In this document: piece by piece, positions 7,746-17,362 of the stretch
How the letters are laid out: every line of letters starts with the position of its first letter
Numbering within the stretch: the stretch's first letter is position 1
Assembly: GCA_017504165.1 (NCBI GenBank)
Contig: JAFVRR010000002.1
Span: forward strand, 13,374-77,373
DNA: 64,000 bases
Direction of reading: 5' to 3'
Source of the DNA: Clostridia bacterium
GTDB lineage: Bacteria > Bacillota > Clostridia > Christensenellales > Borkfalkiaceae
Program-made: the position numbers and the translations under genes
The notes under the pieces: model-generated
Databases searched by the model: none
Told to the model about the DNA's origin: nothing
What the model saw: only the letters and a program-made list of their open reading frames with translations

Positions 7746-9428
7746 ATGAATTACAAAAATTATATTTCTAAAAAATTGAATATCGAGGGTGTTAGCCCCG
7801 AAGAAATTGAGTCTTATATCGTTTTACCGCCCGATACTTCTATGGGCGATTTTGCTTTGCCTTGTTTTAAGTTTGCTAAAATCTTAAGAAAAGCGCCTAA
7901 TATGATTGCGGAAGACCTTAAAAATTCTTTCAAAGTTGATGACGTTATAACTAGCGTTAGCGCCGTTAACGGATACTTAAACTTTACCGTTAATAGGTCA
8001 AGTTTTGCATCTTCCGTAATAAGTAGCGTATTATCACTTGGCGATAAATACGGTAGCGCTAATATCGGCGAAAACAAAACTGTGGTTATAGACTATTCTT
8101 CAATCAATATTGCAAAGCCATTCCATATCGGTCACTTATCAACTACCGTTATAGGTGGCGCTTTATATAGAATATATAAGTTTTTAGGCTATAACGTTGT
8201 CGGCGTTAATCACCTTGGCGATTACGGAACTCAGTTTGGTAAACTTATCTACGCGTATAAGCATTGGGGCAATAAGGAAGAAGTTGAAAAGGGCCGTATT
8301 CGTGAACTTACAAGGCTTTACGTTAAATACCACGAAGAGGCGGAAAAAGACCCTTCTATGGACGACGAGGCGCGCAGTTATTTTAAAAAGATTGAAAACG
8401 GTGATGAAGAGTGCTTAGCCCTTTTCAAATGGTTTAAAGAATTGACGCTTGTTGACGTTGAAAAGGTTTATAAAGAACTTGACATTCACTTTGATAGTTA
8501 CAACGGCGAAAGTTTTTATAACGATAAAATGGAACCCGTTATTAAAGAACTTGACGAAAAGGGTTTATTGACGTTGAGCGACGGGGCTAAAATCGTGGAC
8601 CTTTCCGCTTACGATATGCCACCTTGTTTAATACTTCGTTCCGACGGTGCGTCACTTTACGCTACGCGTGATTTGGCGGCGGCTTTCTATAGAAAAAATA
8701 CTTATGATTTCTATAAGTGTTTATACGTAGTAGCCTACCAACAAAACCTTCACTTTAAGCAATTCTTTAAAGTTTTAGAACTTATGGGTAAAGATTGGGC
8801 TAAAGATATGGAGCACGTTGCGTTTGGTATGGTTTCGCTTGAAGAAGGAACTATGTCGACAAGAAAGGGCAACGTTGTACTTCTTGAAGACGTTATTAAT
8901 AAATGCAAAGAAAAGGCGTTTAGCGTTATAAACGAAAAAAATCCTAACCTTGAAAATAAAGAAGAAATTGCATCAATGGTAGGTACGGGCGCGGTTATTT
9001 TCGGCGCGTTGTCGTCTAGTAGAATTAAAGATATAGTCTTTTCTTACGATAAAGTTTTAAACTTTGACGGGGAAACTGGACCTTACTGCCAATACACTTA
9101 CGCTAGGTGCAATAGCGTACTTAAAAAGGGCGGGGAAATTGGCGAATATACTTTAGATAACTTAAATGAAGACGAGTATAATTTAGTTTCCGAACTTGAA
9201 AAATTCCCGTCAGTCGTTAATTTAGCGCACGAAAAGTACGAGCCTAGTATGATTACTAGATACGCCGTTGATTTGTGTTCAACCTTCAATAAATTCTATT
9301 TTGATTGCAAAATTATCGGCGAAGAAGAAAACGTTAAAAACTGTCGTTTAGCACTCACTAAAGCAACTTTAATTACCTTGAAAAACGCGTTGACGCTTTT
9401 AGGTATTAAAACACCTGAAAAAATGTAG
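7746..9428 (+). CDS. argS: Arginine--tRNA ligase
   Basis: Class I HIGH-type motif (PFHIGH) and an MSTRKG KMSK-type motif are present. Start reassigned to the in-frame ATG at 7746, because the tracked TTG at 7710 coincides with the -35 box. Confidence 0.93.
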   Translation: MNYKNYISKKLNIEGVSPEEIESYIVLPPDTSMGDFALPCFKFAKILRKAPNMIAEDLKNSFKVDDVITSVSAVNGYLNFTVNRSSFASSVISSVLSLGDKYGSANIGENKTVVIDYSSINIAKPFHIGHLSTTVIGGALYRIYKFLGYNVVGVNHLGDYGTQFGKLIYAYKHWGNKEEVEKGRIRELTRLYVKYHEEAEKDPSMDDEARSYFKKIENGDEECLALFKWFKELTLVDVEKVYKELDIHFDSYNGESFYNDKMEPVIKELDEKGLLTLSDGAKIVDLSAYDMPPCLILRSDGASLYATRDLAAAFYRKNTYDFYKCLYVVAYQQNLHFKQFFKVLELMGKDWAKDMEHVAFGMVSLEEGTMSTRKGNVVLLEDVINKCKEKAFSVINEKNPNLENKEEIASMVGTGAVIFGALSSSRIKDIVFSYDKVLNFDGETGPYCQYTYARCNSVLKKGGEIGEYTLDNLNEDEYNLVSELEKFPSVVNLAHEKYEPSMITRYAVDLCSTFNKFYFDCKIIGEEENVKNCRLALTKATLITLKNALTLLGIKTPEKM

Positions 9429-9435
9429 GATAGAT

Positions 9436-10092
9436 ATGAAAAAACTTATTATTTTTGATTTAGACGGTACTTTACTTGACACCGTAGACGATTTACTTTT
9501 TACTTTAAATACCACTTTAGAAAAATTTGGTTTAAAAACTATAAACCGTGAAGAAATCATAAAAAAACTTGGCTATGGCGCAAAAAAATTAGTTGAACTT
9601 GCAGTAGGCGATATAACTAGTGAAGAATTTGAAAAGGTTTATAGCGACTATTGCGTTCGCCTTGCTAATTGCGATAATTCTTTAACTAAACTTTACGATG
9701 GGTTAGACGTTTGCTTGAAAGCCCTTAAAAGCGACGGTTATAAGTTAGCGGTTGTATCAAACAAGCCCGACGATGCCGTGCAAGTAGTGTGCAAAGATAA
9801 ATTATCTGAGTACGGTTTCGACTTTTTTATGGGAAACCGCCCCGGCGAATTTAATCCAAAGCCGGATAAATCTTGCGTTGAATACTGTCTTAAACAAGTT
9901 GGCATCAATGCTGAAGACGCTATTTACGTTGGCGATAGCGAAGTAGACGTTCAAACCTATTTAAACGCAAATATCGACGGTATTACAGTTCTATGGGGAT
10001 TTAGAAGTAAAGAAATTTTACAAAAAGCAGGTTCGATAAGATTTGCGTCAACGGGCGCAGAACTTTACGATATAATTAAAAGTTTAAATTAA
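9436..10092 (+). CDS. HAD-IA hydrolase, phosphoglycolate-phosphatase-like
   Basis: It has the DLDGTL motif I, a SNK motif and the GDSEVD motif IV. Confidence 0.75.
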   Translation: MKKLIIFDLDGTLLDTVDDLLFTLNTTLEKFGLKTINREEIIKKLGYGAKKLVELAVGDITSEEFEKVYSDYCVRLANCDNSLTKLYDGLDVCLKALKSDGYKLAVVSNKPDDAVQVVCKDKLSEYGFDFFMGNRPGEFNPKPDKSCVEYCLKQVGINAEDAIYVGDSEVDVQTYLNANIDGITVLWGFRSKEILQKAGSIRFASTGAELYDIIKSLN

Positions 10093-10118
10093 CCAAATAG
10101 GTTAAAAAGGAGCAAATT

Positions 10119-10745
10119 ATGGCAAAAGAAAAGAAGGCAAAAAAGAATCATTTAAAAGAATTTTTTAGCGATTTTAAGAAGTTTATAACAAAAGGCAACA
10201 TCGTAGACTTGGCTGTTGCAGTAGTTATTGGTGGCGCTTTTAATAAAATTGTATCGTCACTTGTTGCTCAAATTATTACTCCAATTATCTCGCTTGCAAC
10301 GGGCAACGTAAATTTTGTTGACCTTAAATGGGTTTTAAGAGAGGCTGTTTTAGCGGAAGACGGCGCGGTTAAAGTTGCAGAAATTGCTATCGGTTACGGT
10401 CAATTTTTGCAATATATTATCGACTTTTTAATTATCGGTTTAACAGTATTTTTAATGGTAAAGTTATTCACTCACTTTAAAAAGAAATTAGACTTTAACG
10501 CTAATATGTGTGAAGAAGTTCAAGAAAAGTTTAATAAAGGCGAAGAACTTAACGAGTTTGAAAAAAGATGGTATAAACGCTTTAAAAAACGCAATCCCGA
10601 CTTAGCGCCTAAGACTTTAGAAGAACAAGCAGCAGCGGCCGCTGCGGCAGCGCCAGCGCCTGTAAAAGAGCCTGAGCCAACTGCAACAGAAAAACTTTTA
10701 AAAGAAATTTTAGAAGAAATTAAAAGCCAAAAAGAAGTAAAATAA
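10119..10745 (+). CDS. mscL: Large-conductance mechanosensitive channel with an extended C-terminal region
   Basis: FKKFITKGNIVDLAVAVVIGGAF and YGQFLQ are typical MscL sequences. At 208 aa it is longer than the usual ~130-150 aa. Confidence 0.85.
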   Translation: MAKEKKAKKNHLKEFFSDFKKFITKGNIVDLAVAVVIGGAFNKIVSSLVAQIITPIISLATGNVNFVDLKWVLREAVLAEDGAVKVAEIAIGYGQFLQYIIDFLIIGLTVFLMVKLFTHFKKKLDFNANMCEEVQEKFNKGEELNEFEKRWYKRFKKRNPDLAPKTLEEQAAAAAAAAPAPVKEPEPTATEKLLKEILEEIKSQKEVK

Positions 10746-10774
10746 ATTAATTTAGATTAGTAAAAGGGGTAAAT

Positions 10775-11341
10775 ATGACCGAATTTAAATATTCTGGAAA
10801 ATATATTTATATAATTTTAAGCCAAACGGGCTCTATCGTATCTGAATGGCTTAAAACTTTTACTAAGGACGAATATAATCACGTTTCTATAAGTTTAGAT
10901 GAAAAACTTGACGAAATGTGTTCTTTTGGAAGGTACTACGCCTATTTCCCATTTTGGGGCGGTTTTGTTAAAGAGTCTACTAAAAAAGGCTCTTTAAAAC
11001 GCTTTAAAAATACAAAATCGCTCATCATTAAACTTGAGGCAAACGAAGACGATATTAATAACGTAAGGATAGAAATTAACGAAATGTTTGCATCAAAGCG
11101 CAAATATCGTTACGATATGATCGGCGTAGTTTTAGCGAAATTTGGCAAGAACAAAAAGCGGAAGTATAGATATTACTGTTCAGATTTCGTTAAAGAAATT
11201 CTTATTAAATACAACATTTTAAAAAGGGAAGATTGCCCCGAAATTATGAAACCTATGGACTTTTTATCTATAAACGGTGGGGAAGTTATTTACGAAGGCA
11301 GTCTTCACGATTATTGTAATAATATAGACCAAGAGGAATAA
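10775..11341 (+). CDS. Permuted papain-fold (YiiX/YaeF, C92-like) putative amidase
   Basis: The His-containing YNHVSIS segment precedes the Cys-containing YYCSDFV segment, which is the order seen in circularly permuted NlpC/P60 enzymes. Confidence 0.5.
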   Translation: MTEFKYSGKYIYIILSQTGSIVSEWLKTFTKDEYNHVSISLDEKLDEMCSFGRYYAYFPFWGGFVKESTKKGSLKRFKNTKSLIIKLEANEDDINNVRIEINEMFASKRKYRYDMIGVVLAKFGKNKKRKYRYYCSDFVKEILIKYNILKREDCPEIMKPMDFLSINGGEVIYEGSLHDYCNNIDQEE

Positions 11342-11346
11342 AAGAA

Positions 11347-12834
11347 ATGAATAAAAAGATTATTAAAACGGATATAAATTTAGTTCCTAATATTATCAAT
11401 TCATCTCCCGATTATTATTGTACATGGCAAACACAACTCTTTGCGACTAGTGGTGGAGAACCCATTAAGCAAAGAGTTATTATTTGCGAAAATTCTTTAT
11501 TTTCTAATAAAAAACCTTATGGATGGGCGTATTTTTACGAGAAAATTCGTAGCGATTTGCTTTTTGTTATGGACGATAGTTGGGACGTGGGTGTAGTTGA
11601 AGATAAAGCAGATTTTGGCTGTTTAGTTTTAAACGGCGAAAAATTCCCTTTATCTACTAAAGATAGCGACAATAAAAACGCTTTAAAAAACTTATCTACA
11701 AGGCTTAAAAGTTTAGGATGGAAAGGTCTTGGCGGTTGGGTTTATGCAGGTGAATCAACTAATTATTTAGAAGGGAAAACGTTAGACGAATATTATATTA
11801 AAAGGCTACAAGATGCTAATTATTCTAATTTTTCTCTTTGGAAAGTGGATTGGGGCAAAAGGGACAATGATATAGAGTTTAGAAAAAATTTAACTAAACT
11901 TCAAAAAGAGTATGCTCCTAATTTGGTAATTGAGCATGCAATAACTGAAGAAATCGTGCCCGATACCGACTTATATAGGACTTACGACGTGCCTGCAATT
12001 GCATCTATTCCTATGACAATGGAAAAACTTTATAATATACTTAAAGTTTATAAAAAAGGGGAAGGGAAAGCGCTACTTAACTGTGAAGACGAAGTTTATA
12101 TTGCATCTGCTGGTGGATTCGTTATGGGGGTTATGCGTCACCCATACGTCGGCAATTTCCCAAACGGCGAAAAGGATAGGTCTTTTCCTAAAATTCATAG
12201 GAATATTAAAAGTAAAATTTACGAAGTTATACGCGCGGTAAATTGGCACAAAATTGCCCCCGCTTATAGTGTAGATAGTCTAAATACTTATTTTAGCGAT
12301 GAAATTTTAACGGATACTTGGCGTTTTAAAGACAAAACTTCAGAAATTGAAAATTGGTGGTTTAACAAGCCTGCTATTAGTGATTTTATTAGTGGCGGAA
12401 TACTTAAGAAAAGTGCGGTGTCTACAATAGCAAGAAATACTAAACTTCCTAACTCAGAAAGTGATAAAAAGGGAAATAAACCTTTTATAATTGCATCGCT
12501 AAACCCAAGTGGCGCTTATTCTATTGCAACGCTTGGTAGGACTATAGATAGAAAATATTATATTCCTAAATGTAACGTTACGGCGTTTACTAATACTTCT
12601 AACGTAATTGGCGTATTCGGCGAATATAAAACTTTAACTTTAGATACTAGTTTAAAAGTAAAAAGGGTTTTAATGCAAGATTTAGCCTCTGATTTTGCTT
12701 ATGATATAACTAGCAAGGTTAAAATTTTAGATGGCAAAGTTATAGTAGACGGCAAACTTATTAGTAGAATAGGTAAATCATCTCAACCAAAAGATGATAC
12801 TTCGGAGCCTGGCGTTATTATAAAACTTAATTAA
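11347..12834 (+). CDS. Putative glycoside hydrolase, alpha-galactosidase-like (clan GH-D) TIM barrel
   Basis: DDSWD, LWKVDWG and YRTYDV resemble the DDGW, KxD and RxxxD motifs of GH27/GH36. No signal peptide is visible. This is weak, motif-only evidence. Confidence 0.35.
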   Translation: MNKKIIKTDINLVPNIINSSPDYYCTWQTQLFATSGGEPIKQRVIICENSLFSNKKPYGWAYFYEKIRSDLLFVMDDSWDVGVVEDKADFGCLVLNGEKFPLSTKDSDNKNALKNLSTRLKSLGWKGLGGWVYAGESTNYLEGKTLDEYYIKRLQDANYSNFSLWKVDWGKRDNDIEFRKNLTKLQKEYAPNLVIEHAITEEIVPDTDLYRTYDVPAIASIPMTMEKLYNILKVYKKGEGKALLNCEDEVYIASAGGFVMGVMRHPYVGNFPNGEKDRSFPKIHRNIKSKIYEVIRAVNWHKIAPAYSVDSLNTYFSDEILTDTWRFKDKTSEIENWWFNKPAISDFISGGILKKSAVSTIARNTKLPNSESDKKGNKPFIIASLNPSGAYSIATLGRTIDRKYYIPKCNVTAFTNTSNVIGVFGEYKTLTLDTSLKVKRVLMQDLASDFAYDITSKVKILDGKVIVDGKLISRIGKSSQPKDDTSEPGVIIKLN

Positions 12835-12836
12835 AT

Positions 12837-12876
12837 AAAAAACTCCGTTTAGTTGTCCTAAACGGAGTTTTGTTTT
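12837..12876. terminator. Bidirectional intrinsic terminator
   Basis: AAAAAACTCCGTTTAG pairs with CTAAACGGAGTTTT, lying between convergent genes. Confidence 0.75.
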
Positions 12877-13801
12877 AGTTATATAAATCGGCAACGGATT
12901 TTGCCGCTTGTTTTACCGCCTTTTTTAAACTTGCAGGCTCAATTACTTCAACTTTATTGCCAAACGATAAAATTTTGCCGACCAAAATATCGTCGATAGG
13001 TAAGTTGAACGTTGCTAAAATAGAGCCGTCTTTAACTTTAGAAACCTTGTCCACGCCAAGCCACTCTTCAACGTCGGCTTTCGCTAACTTGTTTACCTTT
13101 AAAGTAACCGTTTCAACGCTTAAAGTTTGATACCAAGTCGCTAAAGTTTCCTTTAAATTTTCAATTGAACGACGGGTAAAGGTCTTGCCCGTGTCGTTTG
13201 CCTTTTCAATTCTAGCAAGTTTAAACAGCCTAAATTCGTTTTTAAGTAAACAGTAGGCGTAAACGTACCATAAACCTTGCTTTAAAATAAGTACGTGCGG
13301 TTCAATTTCTCTTGTAGTGGACTCGCCAGACTTTGATAGGTAAGAAAGGTGTACGATTTTTTTATTTTCAATCGCGTCTTCAAAGAAGGTTACAGACTGC
13401 TTGTAACCTTCAACGTCACCCCAAGGACCGCCGTCAATGATAATATTGCCAAAGTTAAGCGTTTCGTTACCGTCGCCTTTTTTAGTAATTGCGGTAATTT
13501 TATCTAAAATTTTAGATAGCATTTGCGAGTTTACTTCGTTGTTCATTCCCGATAAAACGCCCGTTAAAAATTCGCTTTCTTCTTTGCTAAAGAAAGATGA
13601 TGGTAGTTTATACGTTTCAGAAACGGAAAAACCGCCGTTTCTACCACGCACGTTATATATAGGAAGAATAATAGATAGTTCGTCAATATACCTATAAATA
13701 GTTCTTAGCGACACGTTAAGCCTATCGGCCAAATACTTTGCCGAAACTTTGTTTCTTGACAGTAAAATAAATAAAATTTCTATAAGCGCTTGTAGTTTCA
13801 T
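12875..13801 (-). CDS. WYL-domain transcriptional regulator (YafY-like: HTH, WYL and C-terminal domains)
   Basis: The N-terminal HTH reads LRTIYRYIDEL. The WYL-type segment reads LWYVYAYCLLKNEFRLFKLARI. Confidence 0.8.
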   Translation of the reverse strand: MKLQALIEILFILLSRNKVSAKYLADRLNVSLRTIYRYIDELSIILPIYNVRGRNGGFSVSETYKLPSSFFSKEESEFLTGVLSGMNNEVNSQMLSKILDKITAITKKGDGNETLNFGNIIIDGGPWGDVEGYKQSVTFFEDAIENKKIVHLSYLSKSGESTTREIEPHVLILKQGLWYVYAYCLLKNEFRLFKLARIEKANDTGKTFTRRSIENLKETLATWYQTLSVETVTLKVNKLAKADVEEWLGVDKVSKVKDGSILATFNLPIDDILVGKILSFGNKVEVIEPASLKKAVKQAAKSVADLYN

Positions 13802-13835
13802 AGTAATTTTATTTTAATATATATGACATCTATTG

Positions 13836-14867
13836 TCAATAATTATTTAAAATATTTGCAATTTCAGAATTTGCTATTTTTAAGTCTAACTCCTTTAAAT
13901 ACTTTAAATACCTTTCTTTGTTTTCTAAAAGTTTTATAATTCGATTTTTTAAAATTGTAGGGGTTAAGTCTTCTTGGTAGAGTACGTCGCAAATTTTTAG
14001 GCTTTTAAAGTAGTTGGCGTTTTCAATTTGGTCGCCCCTTGAAGAGCCCTTAGATAACGGTATAAAAAGGGTAGGGATTTTAAGATGCGCTAGTTCAAAA
14101 GCGGTGTTAGAGCCCGCGCGCGAAACTGCGATATCGCTTATAGCGTATATATAAGATAGGTCGGTAAACTCCGTTTCGAAGTAATTAGGCGCTTTAACGC
14201 CTGATAAATTCCCCTTGCCGACGACGTGAAAGACGAAAAACCTTTCCGTTAGATAGTTTAAACATTTTAAAACCGTTTCGTTAATAATTTTTGCGCCCGA
14301 AGAACCGCCAATTATTAGTAAAACGGGTTTTTTAGGTTTTATGCCGTAATAATTATAAGCAGAATTTTTATTTTGTTTAGTAAGTTCATTTCTAATAATT
14401 GCGCCTACGTATTTACCGTTTTTTATATTTTTTGCCGTTTTATCAAAGGTCGTTAAGGTAAAGTCGCTAAACTTTGACGCTATTTTGTTGGCAAGCCCGA
14501 TAGACAAATCCGATTCGTGTATGATAACGGGAATTTTTAACCTTTTTGACGCAATCGTTACGGGTAGTCCCACAAATCCGCCTTTAGAAAATACAACGCT
14601 AGGATTTAACTCTTTTAAAATTTTTTCGCTTTCCTTTACCGATTTTATAAATTTAAAGGGTATTTGTAGGTTTTTAAAGGTAAAACTTCTATTAAATTTA
14701 GTAGGGTTAATTTCGTAGTATGGTATATTATGAGATTTTACGTAATCTTTTTCAATGCCACTTGAGCCTATATAATAAATTTTATCGAATTTAAGGTGCG
14801 GAATTATTGCAAAATGCGGAGCGGTGTGACCAATCGTACCGCCACCCGTTAAAACTATACTTTTCAT
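13836..14867 (-). CDS. murG: Undecaprenyl-PP-MurNAc-pentapeptide N-acetylglucosamine transferase
   Basis: It has the GGGTIGHTAP N-terminal motif and the IGGSSGA motif. At 343 aa it has the usual GT28 size. Confidence 0.9.
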   Translation of the reverse strand: MKSIVLTGGGTIGHTAPHFAIIPHLKFDKIYYIGSSGIEKDYVKSHNIPYYEINPTKFNRSFTFKNLQIPFKFIKSVKESEKILKELNPSVVFSKGGFVGLPVTIASKRLKIPVIIHESDLSIGLANKIASKFSDFTLTTFDKTAKNIKNGKYVGAIIRNELTKQNKNSAYNYYGIKPKKPVLLIIGGSSGAKIINETVLKCLNYLTERFFVFHVVGKGNLSGVKAPNYFETEFTDLSYIYAISDIAVSRAGSNTAFELAHLKIPTLFIPLSKGSSRGDQIENANYFKSLKICDVLYQEDLTPTILKNRIIKLLENKERYLKYLKELDLKIANSEIANILNNY

Positions 14868-15021
14868 ATTATATAATATGTGTAAAAGTATTAAAATTTT
14901 AACGAAGAATATATTTTTAATTACTATTGTTTTACTGTATTAGATATGTTAAAATTAATTTGAGTAAAAACACAAAATTAACCGTCTAATAAATAAAGGG
15001 GATAATCTTAAAGGAGAAGTT

Positions 15022-15558
15022 ATGAATAACGCCGACAAACAACTGTACAACTTATTTTATCATGGCGAAACTTTAGCCGTAAAAGAGATTGTTTTGCGTT
15101 TTAGAAAGGGGTTAACTTTATTCGTAAACGGCTACGTTAAAAATATTCACGACGCGGAAGATATCGTTTCCGACACCTTTGTAAAAGTGATTATCAAAAA
15201 GCCGAAAATTAAAGATGAAAACTACTTTAAAACCTATTTATATAAGGTTGCTAAAAATCTCGCTTTAGATTATTTAAAACAAAAGAAAAAAGAAGTAGTA
15301 TTTTACGATAATTATATTTTTACAGAGGATAAAGATTTAGAAGAAAAGGTTGAAAATAAAAACTTAGTAAAGGCAATTTCAAAACTGAAAAAAGAGTATC
15401 GCTTAATTATTTATTTAAGGTATTATAACGATTTTTCTATAGAAGAAATTTCTAAAATAGTAAGTAGAAATAAAAAGTACGTATATAACGTTTTAAATAG
15501 GGCAAAGTCGGAACTTAAAGTACTATTAATGGAGGTAAAATATGAAAGATTTAGATAA
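15022..15558 (+). CDS. ECF-type RNA polymerase sigma-70 family factor
   Basis: Region 2 (DAEDIVSDTFVKV ... YLYKVAKNLALDY) and the region 4 HTH (FSIEEISKIVSRNKKYVYNVLNRA) are present. Confidence 0.8.
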   Translation: MNNADKQLYNLFYHGETLAVKEIVLRFRKGLTLFVNGYVKNIHDAEDIVSDTFVKVIIKKPKIKDENYFKTYLYKVAKNLALDYLKQKKKEVVFYDNYIFTEDKDLEEKVENKNLVKAISKLKKEYRLIIYLRYYNDFSIEEISKIVSRNKKYVYNVLNRAKSELKVLLMEVKYERFR

Positions 15559-17248
15559 GTTTACTTCTGAAATCGTAGAAAAAGTAAAAGTAAAAAAGAA
15601 AAAGAGAAAATTAACTAATATAGTTATTTCTTCACTTTCTGCTTGCCTTTTAGTGTTTTTAATACTTTATTCTAATATTATTCCTTTAAATTCCTTTAAC
15701 TTTAATAGGTATATATACGAAAATTATTTAGGCGTGTACGCTAATAAAGAAGAAAACACCGTGTTTACCTTTACTAATAACTCTAACGCTATTTTAACTA
15801 TAAATTCCGTACCGTATAGTTTATCGCCATTAAATAACACGAAAAAGGAATTTAATTTTAACGCAACTAAATTAACTACGGATAACGAAACTAATATTAC
15901 CTTAACTAGTAACTCTAATGAAACTAATACTTATAATAAATTAGAAAATTTAGATAAATATTTAGACGAAACTAAAATAAACGTAGTATTTTACGAAGGC
16001 GGGGCGACGATAAGCGGTAATATTTACGGCGTAAACCTTTCAATTGACGTTAAGATTACAAAAAACTCTAAATTAGAGAGCGGAATATGGCAACACGTAA
16101 GTCGGTACGGTGTTGGCACTTTTCCTACTAATAGTTATATTATAGTAAAAGATAGTGGTGAGGCGTATTATATAGAGGGTGGACATACTTGTTACGAGTT
16201 CGTGTTCGTATCGGTATATAATACTGAATTTTGCATTTTATTGAATAGTAGTAATTTCCCTGCTACCATTGCGTCGCTTAATAGAATAAACGATGAAAAC
16301 GGCGACGTAATTATTGAACTTGATTGGTATAATAATAATTTAGATTGGGGTGACGACTCTACTCCTAATGCTTATTTTAAACTTTTTGATAAAAACAAAG
16401 CGCTTAACTATACTGGTGGTAAATTTACGGCAAAGAACGTAGTTGCTATGAAAACGGTATCTAGTTTTGGGAAAAGCGACTATGAAGTGGCAAAATATCT
16501 TCCAATAGACTGGAAATTATTGCCGGAAGAAGGTCACGGAAAAAAACTGATTGATTGCACCGCTAATTTGAATTTAAATAAAGACGGAACTGTTGAATAC
16601 TTGGCAAACTTCGGCTCTAAAAAAGAAAGTTTTAAGGGGGAATGGCTTACTACTGATAGGTATATAATAGTAATTTTAGAAGATTATTCTAGTTTTGGTA
16701 AAGTTTTTACTATATATAAAGACCGCGCTGATTATACTTTTGAAAATTATGCGGAATCTCGTATTAAAGTAGATTATATGTTCAAAACGGGCTACCACGA
16801 TTTTTATTATTATTTCGCGAAGATGACTTACGACGTATATTGGGGCGATAAGTTTACTAGTAGCGTTGCATCGATTGAATTAGAGTTTGATAAAGAATAC
16901 GTTTTAAACGGAAAATACAATAAAGGCTATTACGATAGAACCGAATACGAATTAGTTGATCTCCCTGAAAACGGTAAGACAAAACTTGTATTCCATAAAG
17001 ACGGTACGGTAGATATTAAATACGAAAACAAAACGGTAACTTATAAATATACTTATACAAAATATAAAATTAATGCAAGTATTAAATTAGAAGGAAGAGA
17101 CGCTTATTTATTAGTTTATATAAACTCGCCAGAGTATATTATAATATCTGAACTTATCGTTCAAGATGGCGTGATATACGCAGGGCGCATAGATGAAGAT
17201 ACGGGGAGAATTGGAAGTTACTATATGACTTTTGATTTGCTTGAATAA
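15542..17248 (+). CDS. Single-pass membrane protein with a large extracytoplasmic domain; possible cognate anti-sigma or partner
   Basis: It overlaps the sigma gene by 17 nt. It has a short basic N-terminus, one TM helix (IVISSLSACLLVFLILY) and about 520 aa with no motif I recognise. Confidence 0.4.
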   Translation: MKDLDKFTSEIVEKVKVKKKKRKLTNIVISSLSACLLVFLILYSNIIPLNSFNFNRYIYENYLGVYANKEENTVFTFTNNSNAILTINSVPYSLSPLNNTKKEFNFNATKLTTDNETNITLTSNSNETNTYNKLENLDKYLDETKINVVFYEGGATISGNIYGVNLSIDVKITKNSKLESGIWQHVSRYGVGTFPTNSYIIVKDSGEAYYIEGGHTCYEFVFVSVYNTEFCILLNSSNFPATIASLNRINDENGDVIIELDWYNNNLDWGDDSTPNAYFKLFDKNKALNYTGGKFTAKNVVAMKTVSSFGKSDYEVAKYLPIDWKLLPEEGHGKKLIDCTANLNLNKDGTVEYLANFGSKKESFKGEWLTTDRYIIVILEDYSSFGKVFTIYKDRADYTFENYAESRIKVDYMFKTGYHDFYYYFAKMTYDVYWGDKFTSSVASIELEFDKEYVLNGKYNKGYYDRTEYELVDLPENGKTKLVFHKDGTVDIKYENKTVTYKYTYTKYKINASIKLEGRDAYLLVYINSPEYIIISELIVQDGVIYAGRIDEDTGRIGSYYMTFDLLE

Positions 17249-17327
17249 AATAGGACGTAAGTTTAAATTTTTGTCCTGTTTTAGCGTTGAAAATAACCTT
17301 TAAATTTTGTATAATTAAAGTATAAAA

Positions 17328-17356
17328 TTGACAATGCGATAAAATAATGCAATAAT
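17328..17356 (+). promoter_or_regulatory. Putative promoter of the AraC-family gene
   Basis: -35 TTGACA (17328-17333), a 17-nt spacer and TGc-AATAAT (17348-17356). The ATG follows 6 nt later. A second candidate lies at 17287-17315 (TTGAAA, 17 nt, TATAAT). Confidence 0.35.
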
Positions 17357-17362
17357 GTAATT

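Noticed and set aside
14960-14990. An ECF-type autoregulated promoter (AAC ... CGTC) upstream of the ECF sigma gene.
   Set aside because: A CGTCTAA -10-like element exists at 14983-14989. However, no AAC -35 element sits at the required 16-17-nt spacing.
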